Shown here in pieces: positions 52,934 through 64,000 of a stretch of 64,000 nt of DNA. Position 1 is the stretch's first letter. Every line of letters starts with the position of its first letter. The notes under the pieces were generated by a model. That model was not told the DNA's origin and did not search any database. It worked only from the letters and a program-made list of their open reading frames with translations. Made by a program: the position numbers and the translations under genes. Origin of the DNA: Tubulanus polymorphus (taxonomy: Eukaryota > Animalia > Nemertea). The stretch spans positions 3,906,001 to 3,970,000 of the forward strand of contig NC_134025.1 in NCBI RefSeq assembly GCF_964204645.1, written 5' to 3'.

Positions 52934-54321
52934 GACACTGAACAATTGTTGTGTACAGAAATAATACTGTGTGTGTTCATTGAATAAATCATGTGAAATG
53001 AACGCGACTGCAATATTTTTATGAACAAGGAAACCACATTAGATCTAAGAATTAATTGGCTGCATAAACATCATGCATTCTTGTATTAGCTAATTTTATA
53101 CATTTTGGTTTCTGTTCTTGGAGGTTAGGTGACTCATTAGTCGTATTTTCCCGTTTAAACATTTTTAATTTACATGAATCATTGAAGAAAATGTAGACCC
53201 TCTCCTTAAAATTGCTTGGATAGACGATTTTGTGCATTAGTTCTTATGTGTAGATAGATATTTCTATAAAGAATAAAGCATTCTTAACATTTTATGAGAA
53301 TAAGTTTTTTCCTGCGATGTTTTGATGATTCTATGTTCCGTTTCTGTGTGTAATACTACAAATGAAGTTGTACTGTAATGTACCCAATTTTTAAGGACCG
53401 AGTTGCATGATGATCTAGGGGTTAGCTTCAAAAATTTTCCCATATCATAAGACTGGTTTTTAATAGACTCCTTAACCGCAACTGGCCCCTGAAGCCTGCG
53501 TATTTTAATAATGGCACATCATTTATGACCAAAAGTTTAATATCCATTGTAACATAACTCATCGTTTCCTTTCATTAATAAACACATCTTATATAATAAA
53601 ATGTATAGTTGTGTAAATTGTCTCGGATGATGATTATTTTTAGAGGATATACCCGCTACGCTATCATCAAGTGAGCAGTACTCTTGTTCCAAGTCGCTTA
53701 AAAAATCAAATCTGATTTGGCAATGGCAGGATAAATTAGCCCTTAAACTTACGTGCCATAGTCGGGAATATCCTGCTACTAGACTAGTTCATCATCAACG
53801 TTTTATACAAGGGCAATGGTCAAGCCCACACCACTGGCTGGCAGTCCACCAGCAGAATTCAGCATTGACTCCATTTGCATCATTTTATAAATTTAATAAG
53901 AAAGTGAATTTGTGATATTTCAGCTAATCAAGATCAATCATTGATCGGATATGACTGGTTATAGAGAAAAATTATGATTGAAAATGAAATTTAAATTATA
54001 TTTCAAATATACAATATTTATTATCAAAATATAAATGGATAAATTACACCAGTCATACATAGCTGTATTACAATTTTTTGTAAAAGATATACATGTACTC
54101 TTTTAAATTACTAAATGGAGAATTTCTCTGCATTTATCATAAAGTGATGATTAGAACATGATTTCTCTTTTAAGTATCTGGTATCCAGTATAGAATACAG
54201 TTACTACATACGTTGCACATTCTACCAAGATCTGGCTGAACAGGCAAATATTATCTAATCCTATTAACAAACAATAAACAGCTAGCATAGCCACAATCAT
54301 CACCAGTGTAGGTTAATTAAT

Positions 54322-57067
54322 TCATTCAACATAAAGTTCATAACCATTTTCAATTTCTGAAATCTCTTCTTGAAGTCTTACTTCCCACTTTTTTGGCTAA
54401 AATTATATACAAAATTGAATTACATTCACCACACATTTAACTAGTCATCTCCGATAATTTTATTCTATTTACCCGAGCAGGTTTCATTTTTTTTCTTTTG
54501 TTTGGATCGTTGCCACCTCTTGCATAATTGCGATGCCGATTGAAGGATTCTGAAATGATATTTTAGTGATAATTACCACACAGCACTAATAATACGTTTA
54601 TTTGTTATAGAGCAAAAACATCAATCACCAGTAGATACTGACCTCTCATTACTTCTCTAAATTCCGGAGAATGGTAATCCTTGATCCGAGGATGAACAGT
54701 TTCCTAAAAACAAATATTGGTTAAAGATTATTGATGTTACAAAATAATAAGAGATTAGAGCAAATTGATACATTATACAATGGAACCACGTTACAACAAA
54801 CGTCAGGAGGCCTGTTCCTTAAAACCGATTGATTAAATTGTCTCATGTGAGATGAAATTTGCAAGTTTGTTATGACAAGGTTTTGCTGTATACTGTAATG
54901 ACCAAAATGTACAAACCTCAGTGCCTGAAATATATTCATCCTGAAATAGATTATGAATAAAAACAGTGAGGATTAATTGAAATTATATGTGAATTGTTGA
55001 CAACTGATAGAATTTTGATTGATACCTACACTCGCCATATCAAAATCAAAACGAGAAATAGCTGATGGCATAAATAAACCGCTATCCTCTTCCTTATGTG
55101 GTGTATCCAGCGCTGGACCCGGTGTAACAAATATACCGCTATCTCCTTTGTCATGAGATGTATCCAGGGCTGGAGCTGCTGGCGTTATAAAAATGCCACT
55201 GTCCTTAACATTGCCTGGTGTAACAAATATACCACTATCCTTAAATAAGAGGTTAATAACTTGTATACGAGGAGGCTATATAGTTCTTTTTCATAAAGGA
55301 CTTAGTTTTTCAATGACCTACCTTAGTTTTCGAAGTTGGATTGTCAATTCCATTTTCCTGAAAAAAATTTTTAGACTTGAAAAAATGAAACTATTTTCAT
55401 TAGACAACAATTCACTTCAATACGGGTACCTAACTGACCTCATCATTATTTCCGAATAGTCCACCAGGTGTCAGCGGAATTTCGCTGCCCTAAAAAACAT
55501 GGTACACAATTATCATATATATTGAGATTTAGTTGAAGATTAGATTAAAAGAAATACATACCTCAAACTGATGTTTCACTTGGTGAGAATTGATAACATC
55601 TCTCCTTTTTGGTGTAGATGTCTTCGTAGGGCTAACTAAAAGACGGAAAGGATGAGTCTAAAAAATCCCTCTTGGGCAGGGGAGAGGGGGATTGAAGGCT
55701 GGAGTTGAATGAGTGTTTTATATTTAAACATAATAAACCAAATTAACGAAATTAGGCAACGCAGCAGACATTAAAGCCAGGGGCGGATCCAGACCGTATT
55801 AGCCGTATTGCCCAATACGGTCTAGAATTCCCTTCGAAATTTCACCGGCAATATTTTTGATGGCATTATTTCAGCAACCGCTAATTCCGTGTCCGTAATC
55901 CGGGCATAATTATAAAATTAATCGGTATATACTGCTGCCGAGAAAGTGAGGAGAGATAATCATATTTGTAAAGCCATCATGATAAATTAAAAAGGGCACT
56001 TTCCTTTTGCAAGGGGCACTCATGCTTTAGATGAGGGCACCTTGTCCTTGCCTTTTCAGGGAGGGCTAAAGGGGCACTCATACTTTAGAAGAGGGCACTA
56101 TACGCGGAAAATGTTGAAGAAAAGGGCACTTTTTTGCCTAATTTTTAAAATTTTAGGGGCACTTTTGGTTTGGAAGATGGCACACGACATAAGGATAAAT
56201 GTGAAGACGAGGCAATTTTTGCCGATTGTTAACAATGAAGGGGCACTTAGCCGTATTCTGTATAATTGTTAAGGGGCACTTTTAAAGATTATAGGGGCAC
56301 TAGGCGAAGTTGGCGACAACCATTCTTTCATGGGTTCGCCAGCTTCATTTTTTATCCGCATCTGTTGAAATCTTGTCTCGAATTCGTTTATTCTGGATTG
56401 CTCTGCTAGCCTCTAGAAGCACTCTAAAAGCCTTTAAATGGTACCATATTTTCAAAATTTTTCAGACCCCGCTCTAAGGACTTCGCACCTTCGGCGCTCG
56501 CATTGACCTGGATACTGGGTGTGCCCTAAGATCAGAAAGGTGCCCTTAAATTTCCTTCCAATACTGTCGACCCATCCCCCTGGATCCGCCCCTGAAAGCC
56601 CTTCATGACTTGTCTAAAGAAAAGAAGGCAGGACCCCTCTGACCTTTTATTCATAGGACAGCTGGCCTGTATCTGTATTGGTAGTTGCGAGGGTTGCAGG
56701 GTCTTGGCACTTGGCAACAGGTGGAGTGCTGGTTGATTAATATGAGTGCAGGCTGATCATACGCTGAAACTGATTGGCCGTAGATGCCCGTTTGTCTAGG
56801 TGGTTTCAGTCCAGGACGGATTTCATGAACAGCGAATTTTGGTATCGCACCGTCTTCCACCTCGGGACGATGAAGGTTTGCAGTTGTTTGAAACCAATAC
56901 TAGTTGGACAACGTTTTCCGCAGTCTTTTTATATAGGATTTGGTTCATCATGTTCATATGGCCATTTTTCCTGGTTTCGTAACCATCACGAATTGGAAGT
57001 CAAATGATTTACCCATTGGTTCGTAGAATTTTCCGTTTCGTAACGACCTTTTTCTTTCATTGGCCAT
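54322..57067 (-). CDS. CDCA5: Sororin (CDCA5)-like protein, ~220 aa in 9 small exons
   Basis: Exons 57013-57067, 55562-55635, ~55439-55489, ~55322-55357, 55030-55239, ~54917-54940, ~54643-54703, ~54473-54549 and 54322-54396 join in frame. The C-terminus KRKKMKPAR-PKKWEVRLQEEISEIENGYELYVE* matches the polybasic + W...E..E..L.VE sororin box. Rich in S/T-P sites (SPTKTSTPKRR). Confidence 0.72.
55778..56594. mobile_element. Non-autonomous DNA transposon (817 bp) with perfect 15-bp TIRs and a 5-bp TSD; hAT5-like
   Basis: aaagc|caggggcggatccag ... ctggatccgcccctg|aaagc; ~10 internal (a)gggcac motifs, with inverted gtgccct copies near the right end. Confidence 0.9.
56620..56990 (-). mobile_element. 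5'-truncated LINE (CR1/L2-group-like) 3' fragment
   Basis: The minus frame reads QTFIVPRWKTVRYQNSLFMKSVLD*NHL, resembling the 'P..rT..Y.nSFF.r...dWN.L' end of CR1/L2-group ORF2, with a stop at the W position. Confidence 0.55.
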
Positions 57068-57987
57068 GATGATAATTTAATTATTATCATTTGTAGTAAT
57101 TACGAATTTATTATCCGTTTTGAACAAAGCGGAGCTCAACGACCTTCAAATTTAATTTCCGGGTTAGTTTCACGCCCCACCGTACACAGTTGAGGGCAGC
57201 ACATTCCGGTGTAATGCGTACCACAGGTGTTGCGGGCCCGATTGCCGGGAGCATATCAATGACCAACGCCATCGTTTCTAGTAACTTCATGAGAATGTAC
57301 GTAGCTAACAATCGAAAATCCCATAGAATTGAGGAGCAAAAAATTGAAAGTAACGAATGAAATTTTATTAAGTCCAGAATTCTCACAACCATCATTAATT
57401 ACAGTGTTTAAAAATATGAAATAAGACTCAATTACCGACAGCAGTATATCACAGTAAAAATATGAATGCCAGAATTTTCAGCTTAAAGCTAGACCAAATT
57501 GAAGAATATTGGGTGGAATAATTTGGAATGATGAAGCACCAACTGAAGAATGTAATAATTAAAATCTTTATAAGACAGGATTTGACATGAATGAAATAAA
57601 AATAAATCATCTCACTTTTTAGGAAACATTCTATCAAAACTGAACATTCAATTAACAAGGACGGTACACATATATTGCCTTTTACAGAGTTTTCATGTAA
57701 TACCTATTTATTGCTCAAGTCTTTCTAGTATCTTTTTAAGATTGTAGCCTACAGTATACTCTCTATGGCTTATTTGATAAAACATTTTACAAAAGATCAT
57801 ATAAAATTTTCTTCTATCGATAAGCAGATTAAGTTGGACGGAGCACATAAGCTCATATGTATAATAGAGATGCGTACCTACATATTTGAAGTACAGTTTT
57901 ATTCAGTATAAAGAACAGAAGAATGTCTCTGGTTGCTTTTTTCCAGTTCCTGAAAATTTTTGCGTATAAAAAACCTCGAAACGTATG

Positions 57988-60516
57988 TCATACATAACTT
58001 TCTTCGAGTCTTGAACATATCAGAAATGAATCCAGTAATTTAGGCCGGATGAGTTGTTGCACATCGACCGGGTTGAAATCTTTTGTGCCACAACTAGCAG
58101 ATATCTTCCTTAATGCAGCCTATAAAGATAAATGTCAGTTTGATATACACAGCACACACAGAATAAATAGCTAATCAAATACGAACTTATGTAAACATAC
58201 CAGACATGCAACTAACACAGCATCACTATTGTGTCGTTCATAACTATCTCTACATAACTGAACTAATCGTGTGATACCTGAAATATACACATTATCTGAA
58301 TTCACTTTATCCGATAATATACCATAGAACTCCTATGAATATACCTACTAGGAGTAGTTGTTTAAATGGCAGTATGTAGATTTAAATTCATGTAGTACCT
58401 TGACAAGCAATAATAATTTGAGCATTTTCTTGTAGTCTGCTGAGGCGAGTGAGTGCAATAGCTGATTTCTGTTGTACTCGTTCGCAAGCTGATTTTTCTG
58501 TATCTGCCTCATATTTATGAGGGCGCTCCTGTAGAAAATGAAGTAATAGTTCTATTCCATTGTTTTCTGTGATGTCGTGACAACAGGATTCCATAGCGGC
58601 CATATTGGTCAACACCGTGACAACCTAAATGTGAAAAGTTGATGGAAAAAATTCATTACTGAAAGCTAAATCTCAATCATACACATATGGTAACTGGTAT
58701 ATGATATCATAAACTATACCTGATCTTTAGAGAATATTGACTCCGCTTTATTGAGTAAACTGGCTTCAATAAGGACACGTGCCGTATGATATTGTAATAA
58801 ATAATCGCAAGACAAACTATCCATGAATGTTATATTAGCGACAGCAGCAGATCCCAACAGGAAAACTTCAGTTGTTGATGCTTCAACGCACAATACTAAA
58901 ACGGACATTTCTTACTATTCATTTTTTGTCCAGGATAAATCCATGTACATGTAGCCTATGTACAATCATCACTTACCAGTTAAAGATCGAACCAGATCAT
59001 CAATATTTTCCAAGAATCCTGAAAGATGTTGATATTGTTCGAGTCCAGGAGATGTTATCTGTGCAATTACTCCAGCTGCCTCTGATCTTATTGTTTCATT
59101 CAATGTACTATCATTGAGCAAGTCCGTTAGAAGTTCAACTCCATTTTCCTGATATTTTAAGATATCATTTTTTTTTAAATATAGAAGAAATATATAACAA
59201 AACCTTGGAAAATATAAAACAAACAATCTAACCTTTTCTAATTCAGAAATGGCTTCTGGAACACAACATACAGTGGCTAAAGTTCTTAACGCATGTGACC
59301 AAGAAGTCATTATAGATTCATTATGACATATATTGAGCAAAGCACGCACTCCACCTTCCTGAAATACACGAACAAGAAACATAACCTAAAATCTCATCAA
59401 TCATCTCATCCCTATGTTATGTTAACTCACCCTGGCTACAATGAAACACATATGTTCACCATCTATAGCAAGATCGGTTAAATGTATAATACTTGATTTG
59501 ACAGCTACAGCACTCGACTGACACACTATAGGATCTACTATTGTCTGAAAAAAAGAAATGTAATATACTAATCAAACAATACTCCAGTCAATGATATTCA
59601 AATAAGATATCAAGAGAAAATTTACCTGTACTAAATATCCCAGAACATTGTCAACCAGACAACCAAATATTTGCCCAGTAATTGTCAGTTGATCGAGCAA
59701 TGGTGTTTTCTTTGGTAAAGTGCTATTTATTTCCATAAGCCTGTTGATAAATGAATAATGAATTCTTGCAATGTTAATGCTAACGTCGTTACAATCGAGA
59801 ATAACATCAGAAATATTACTTACTCAGTAGCAACGTTCTGCAAGCAGTTACAGTTTTCGATCAATTGTTCTTCTTGCTGAATGGAAAACAAAACATATTT
59901 CTGTGCGTTTTGCTCAATTGGTTATTTACAGGAGGAAAATCGAAGGGAAGATTTTACCTTCCAAATAACGTGTGGTGCATTAAATGGTATAGCTGTATCA
60001 CATTCATGAACTAATGAACGCAAGTGGCTTGCAATACGTAGCATTCTACTAGTTACATGTTTCCATCTGTCTTTCTCAATCTTACTATAAAATTCGAAAT
60101 GCAATCATTTCACAAATTTCAATTTTTGTTTTCAGAAACTACTTTTGTACAATGATTTACAATAATATACCTGAATATCTTAGTAAATTCAGAGCTTACG
60201 ACGTGAGCTCTGCTTCGTATGACATCAATATGTTCTGAAATACAACAGGAAGAATGCATAAAATCTTCATCATTCAGAAGCCTTATTCATTTCGATAATG
60301 AAGAAGTAACGTACCCTTCACAGATTTTGGTATCAGTTGTTTTTTCTTATTGTTTTGATCTTTGGCATGTAGAGATGTAGCACCATTAGTATTAGCAGTT
60401 TGGACATTGTTATTTTCGTGAACAGTCAGTGATTTACTCTGAAGGACACTCATACATTCACACTCAGTCATCCATCGCAGGTCAGCCAACCATTGCTGCA
60501 CTGAATCCATCATCAT
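57988..60516 (-). CDS. INSC: Inscuteable homolog
   Basis: LGN-binding peptide DSVQQWLADLRWMTECECMSVLQSKSL; ARM-repeat exons (ALRTLATVCCV, SEAAGVIAQITSP, EVFLLGSAAVANITF, CERVQQKSAIALTRL, VLVACLAALRKI); PDZ-binding tail EESYV*. A probable 5' exon lies near 62211-62290. Confidence 0.95.
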
Positions 60517-62357
60517 CTGAAAGATATTTGAAAAAATTACAAACATAAACAAGAAAATTAATTTCAATAAATTATTTGACGCCTGCGAAAAAAATGTAGA
60601 ATTTCTGCACGCTAGAAAATAAATCGGGAAAACTTTCCCACTTCCCTGAATAACCACATAATTATCATTTCCAAAAAGGTCATTAGTCATTTTTAACACT
60701 CTATATCTCGTAATAAGCAATTATGAGTAAAGTAATTCATGTCTGTATTTCATACTCTTTTGAAATAACTATCCAGGATGACATTCAAGAAAGGAAAAAT
60801 ACAAACCCTATAATCATATAGGAACATATTACAGTAATAGTTATATGCCTTACAATCGCAGGTGAATGTACAATTCGAAATTGCTCAGCCATTCAAAATA
60901 CAGTCATACATATATCAGATTTGTTTTTGATATGTATAATAGCCAGGTAATGGTCTAACTTGTACTGCTTTCATTTTATATCTACATACATAGTACATGT
61001 ATGTATTAATTGTAGATTTTATGACACTGGCAAATATTTACATATGAACCAACATGTAACCAGCAGTTTGTCCTTAAACAATATCAGTGAAGTTAAGATC
61101 ACATTACTCATAATAAGTTTAAGTAACAGCACAGCGTGTAATTACCAGAACTTAACAACCTCTGAAAAGTGACACCATTTCAGAAACCTGCCAATGGGTC
61201 AAACATTGAAATGGTTTAAGATGTCCATTCACATTATAGGCCTATACATTTAAGGATAGATGTATCTGAATACTAAAGGAAACCTGCATCTAATCTTGAA
61301 GAGCTTTTACTTTTTTACACGCAAAAATAATCAATCAACTGCTCATGTCAGCTGAAAATTATTGATAAAACTCTACGCGAAGCCCGAAGCAGCTTAGCTA
61401 TAGAATTAATTGAATGGGATAAATAGCTCTCCGTCATGGTAACATGGGCGCAGATGCAACAGCATAAAACATAAGTTGTTTAGGAAAACAAACAAAGCGA
61501 AATGTTCTCCTGTACTATGTTGGGAAATGACATTATTATGTCGAAATCTGTCATGTACACGTCTATATGAACACTTCCTTGATATCCGCATTGCTTAATT
61601 AGGATTCAACAGCCTAAACCAGAATCTGTGTTTATATGGGAAAAATGATTATTTTGACCTTTGAAACTCATTAGGAGTAAAAGTACAAGTACAAACTTGG
61701 AGTAATTATCTTAAGGCAAAATATACCAGAGGTAAAAAGCAGTGCTTCCTTTGGTTGAAGCAGGGCCCTTCACTAAAACCACTTTTATACTAGAAGAAGG
61801 TACAATATCTGCTTCTTTTATTAAAATGATATTCAACATATAAAACTATAAATTTAGACAATCAAAATATTAAAAGAAACAATGATTTATAGCGAAATTG
61901 AGTTTTGCATAACTTTCCATACGCAAAATGGCCTTTTTTATAATCAATAAAAATATCACTGACGAACCATCGTTAACAATTTAATAAAAGTGAGGAAGAA
62001 TATTGTGTCAAGAATATGTGGCTGAAGCATTTTTAGTTCTTAAAGCTAACCCGACCGGCCCGACCTTATCGAATTGTGTCGCTTTGTTAGAACGTTTTGT
62101 TACGATAATTAGTGCGACCAACAAAAGTCACTCCATTCATCACGTATTAGCGTCAACATTTCAATATCACCATTCATAATTAACCTCAGTATTAATTGCG
62201 ATTCACTTACCGTTATCCCGAGACATCTGTGCGACGATTAAACCTTCATAGCTAGTGTAATCCTCATTTGTAGTGGTGTTCGGTGTTTCCTACCCCTTAA
62301 GGAACCCCTAGCGCCGCCTATCGATGGGAAGATTGCCGACCGAAGTAAATAAACAAC

Positions 62358-63837
62358 ATGGCTTCCAAGCTGTCAAACTCGTTAAATACTCACGATTTCA
62401 TCAATGAAAATAACCACATCAGTGATGGAGAAATCATAAGGTTTTCTGTTAAAAGGCTAGATGGTAAAGAGTATTAACTACTTCTTTCTAAATTATTCAT
62501 AAATGATGGCTTTAAATAGGCGGAATGAGGGAAGAATTTTTGATGTTGGGTTCTCCATTTTGCAGGTGATGACACGGTAGGTCGACCTGATGCGGTATAT
62601 TGCATCGAAACATCTCCGGAGGAAGAATCATCCACAATTTGTGAAAAGATAAGATGCTTGTGTAACGTTACTGACGACAAAATAATTAGGGTATGCTGAT
62701 TAATGACTTAATCAAAAGATGACTAAACCTAATCAAAATTAAATGGGCTTTTAGGATTGAATCTCCATTTGCAGGTGAGAAATATCAACGGATCATTGGT
62801 ACCAATAAATAAACGTTTAATAAACAAAATCCACATTCGAAATGAAAACATGTAAGTGTTAATAGATTTAATATCTGTCAACACATCTTTTCTCATAAAT
62901 ATTCATAATGTGTATGCTTCCTTTAGGAGACCTATGTATACCCTTGAAGTGCTGAACAGATATCAAAATGGTGAGTTTCAATACAACTGAAAATAGATAC
63001 ATTCAAAAGTGATTTAGAATTTGTAGAAGTAGAAATTGGTTAAAGAGCTTGTGGTCTTGTGAACTTTTTTCCAGTAAAACCACATCCAAAGACAACTGAA
63101 CTGCAAAAATACTGGAACACTTGGAAGTCAAAACTTGAAGACTATCAATCAAGGGTATGCATTCATTAGATCTTCTTTCATTTGGCTTCTGTCATTTCAA
63201 TTAATGAATTGATGATCAGTATGATTAGAGGCCTTTTTATGAACCAGCAAAATCGAAATAGATTAGCTATTTAGATTATATAGCCGATTAGTGTCAATTA
63301 GCATAACCGGGTATGTTGGTTGATAAAAACGCCAGGTAGAAATTATTCAATTATGGCCTACTCAGCAGCGACTTCTACCGAGAACACCATATCGGTTGGA
63401 TTAGATAATCGGCATACTTGCTCGCCGAGCGAGTATGCTGAGTATGCTAATCGATTATGATAACCAATGTTCATAAAAATGACGGATTATGACATAATCC
63501 ATGCTCATAAAAACGTTTTGCATACTCGAATATACTAATCGAGTGTTCATAAAAAGGCCTCAATACTAACCATACATTGAATTTAGATGGAGTTACTGGA
63601 CACTGCTGCTCCTCAACTCAAATATAAACAACAAGACAGAATAATGAAGGTAACATCTGAACTCCTACACAATTTTCATTGTACATGTGCAATTCATCAA
63701 AAAGTTGAATAAACTTCATTTTCTTTTCTCAGGAAATAGAAAATATTGAAAATAAACTGGCATTTATCAACAGAAGGATTGAGGAGGCGGAGTGCACTAA
63801 ATGGACTGGCATGCTTAAAAAATCACCTCTCTGGTGA
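62358..63837 (+). CDS. Uncharacterised ~200 aa protein (7 exons): beta-grasp-like N-terminal region plus coiled coil, ending WTGMLKKSPLW
   Basis: In-frame exons: MASKLSN...KRLDG/DDTVGRP...KIIR/VRNINGSLVPINKR...NM/RPMYTLEVLNRYQNV/KPHPKT...YQSR/MELLDT...IMK/EIENIENKLAFINRRIEEAECTKWTGMLKKSPLW*. Confidence 0.8.
63228..63561. mobile_element. MITE with perfect 17-bp TIRs, intronic
   Basis: gaggcctttttatgaac ... gttcataaaaaggcctc, with additional internal copies of the tcataaaaa motif. Confidence 0.8.
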
Positions 63838-64000
63838 AATTGATTGATTTCAACGTAGTTTGTGTAGCCAAATTACAAATTTTGTGTCTGAGAATTATTG
63901 TGTCGTTCAATTCATCGTCTACGTGTTGTAGGTTCGTGGTCCCTGGTTCCTACTAAACATTCCCAATTTGGGATAAACTGTCACAGAACTAGACAGAAAA

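Noticed and set aside
55990-56301. AGGGGCACT repeats with variable spacers, superficially CRISPR-like
   Set aside because: Repeats are only 7-9 bp, irregularly spaced and lie inside a TIR/TSD-bounded transposon in a eukaryotic intron; no cas genes.
56651-57007. Overlapping ORFs, including DGAIPKF (THAP AVPT-box-like)
   Set aside because: No THAP C2CH residues upstream; better explained as alternative frames of the LINE fragment.

Overview
AT-rich, gene-dense invertebrate animal genomic DNA with mostly 70-90 nt GT-AG introns; it looks spiralian/lophotrochozoan, but the species cannot be determined here. Twelve spliced genes are supported: the 3' part of beta-spectrin (+), a tastin/TROAP-like mitotic protein (+), codanin-1 (-), SIVA1 (+), SPATA7 (-), UQCC2 (+), an unnamed C-terminal death-domain protein (-), ZIP9/SLC39A9 (-), ERH (+), a sororin-like protein invisible in the ORF track (-), Inscuteable (-) and an unnamed ~200 aa protein (+). 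Eight of them form four head-to-head pairs. About nine MITE-like inserts and one LINE 3' fragment lie in introns or intergenic DNA. Main highlights: (1) a splicing-switch region in beta-spectrin, with a duplicated 'FELKER' exon leading to a PH-less tail, a run of phase-1 microexons with RBFOX motifs, and a 27-nt microexon next to a structured intron element; (2) the sororin-like gene carries four tandem DSG(x)3-4[T/S] degron-like repeats; (3) a possible TIR-like + death-domain adaptor. All gene models were built by eye and need RNA-seq or homology confirmation.
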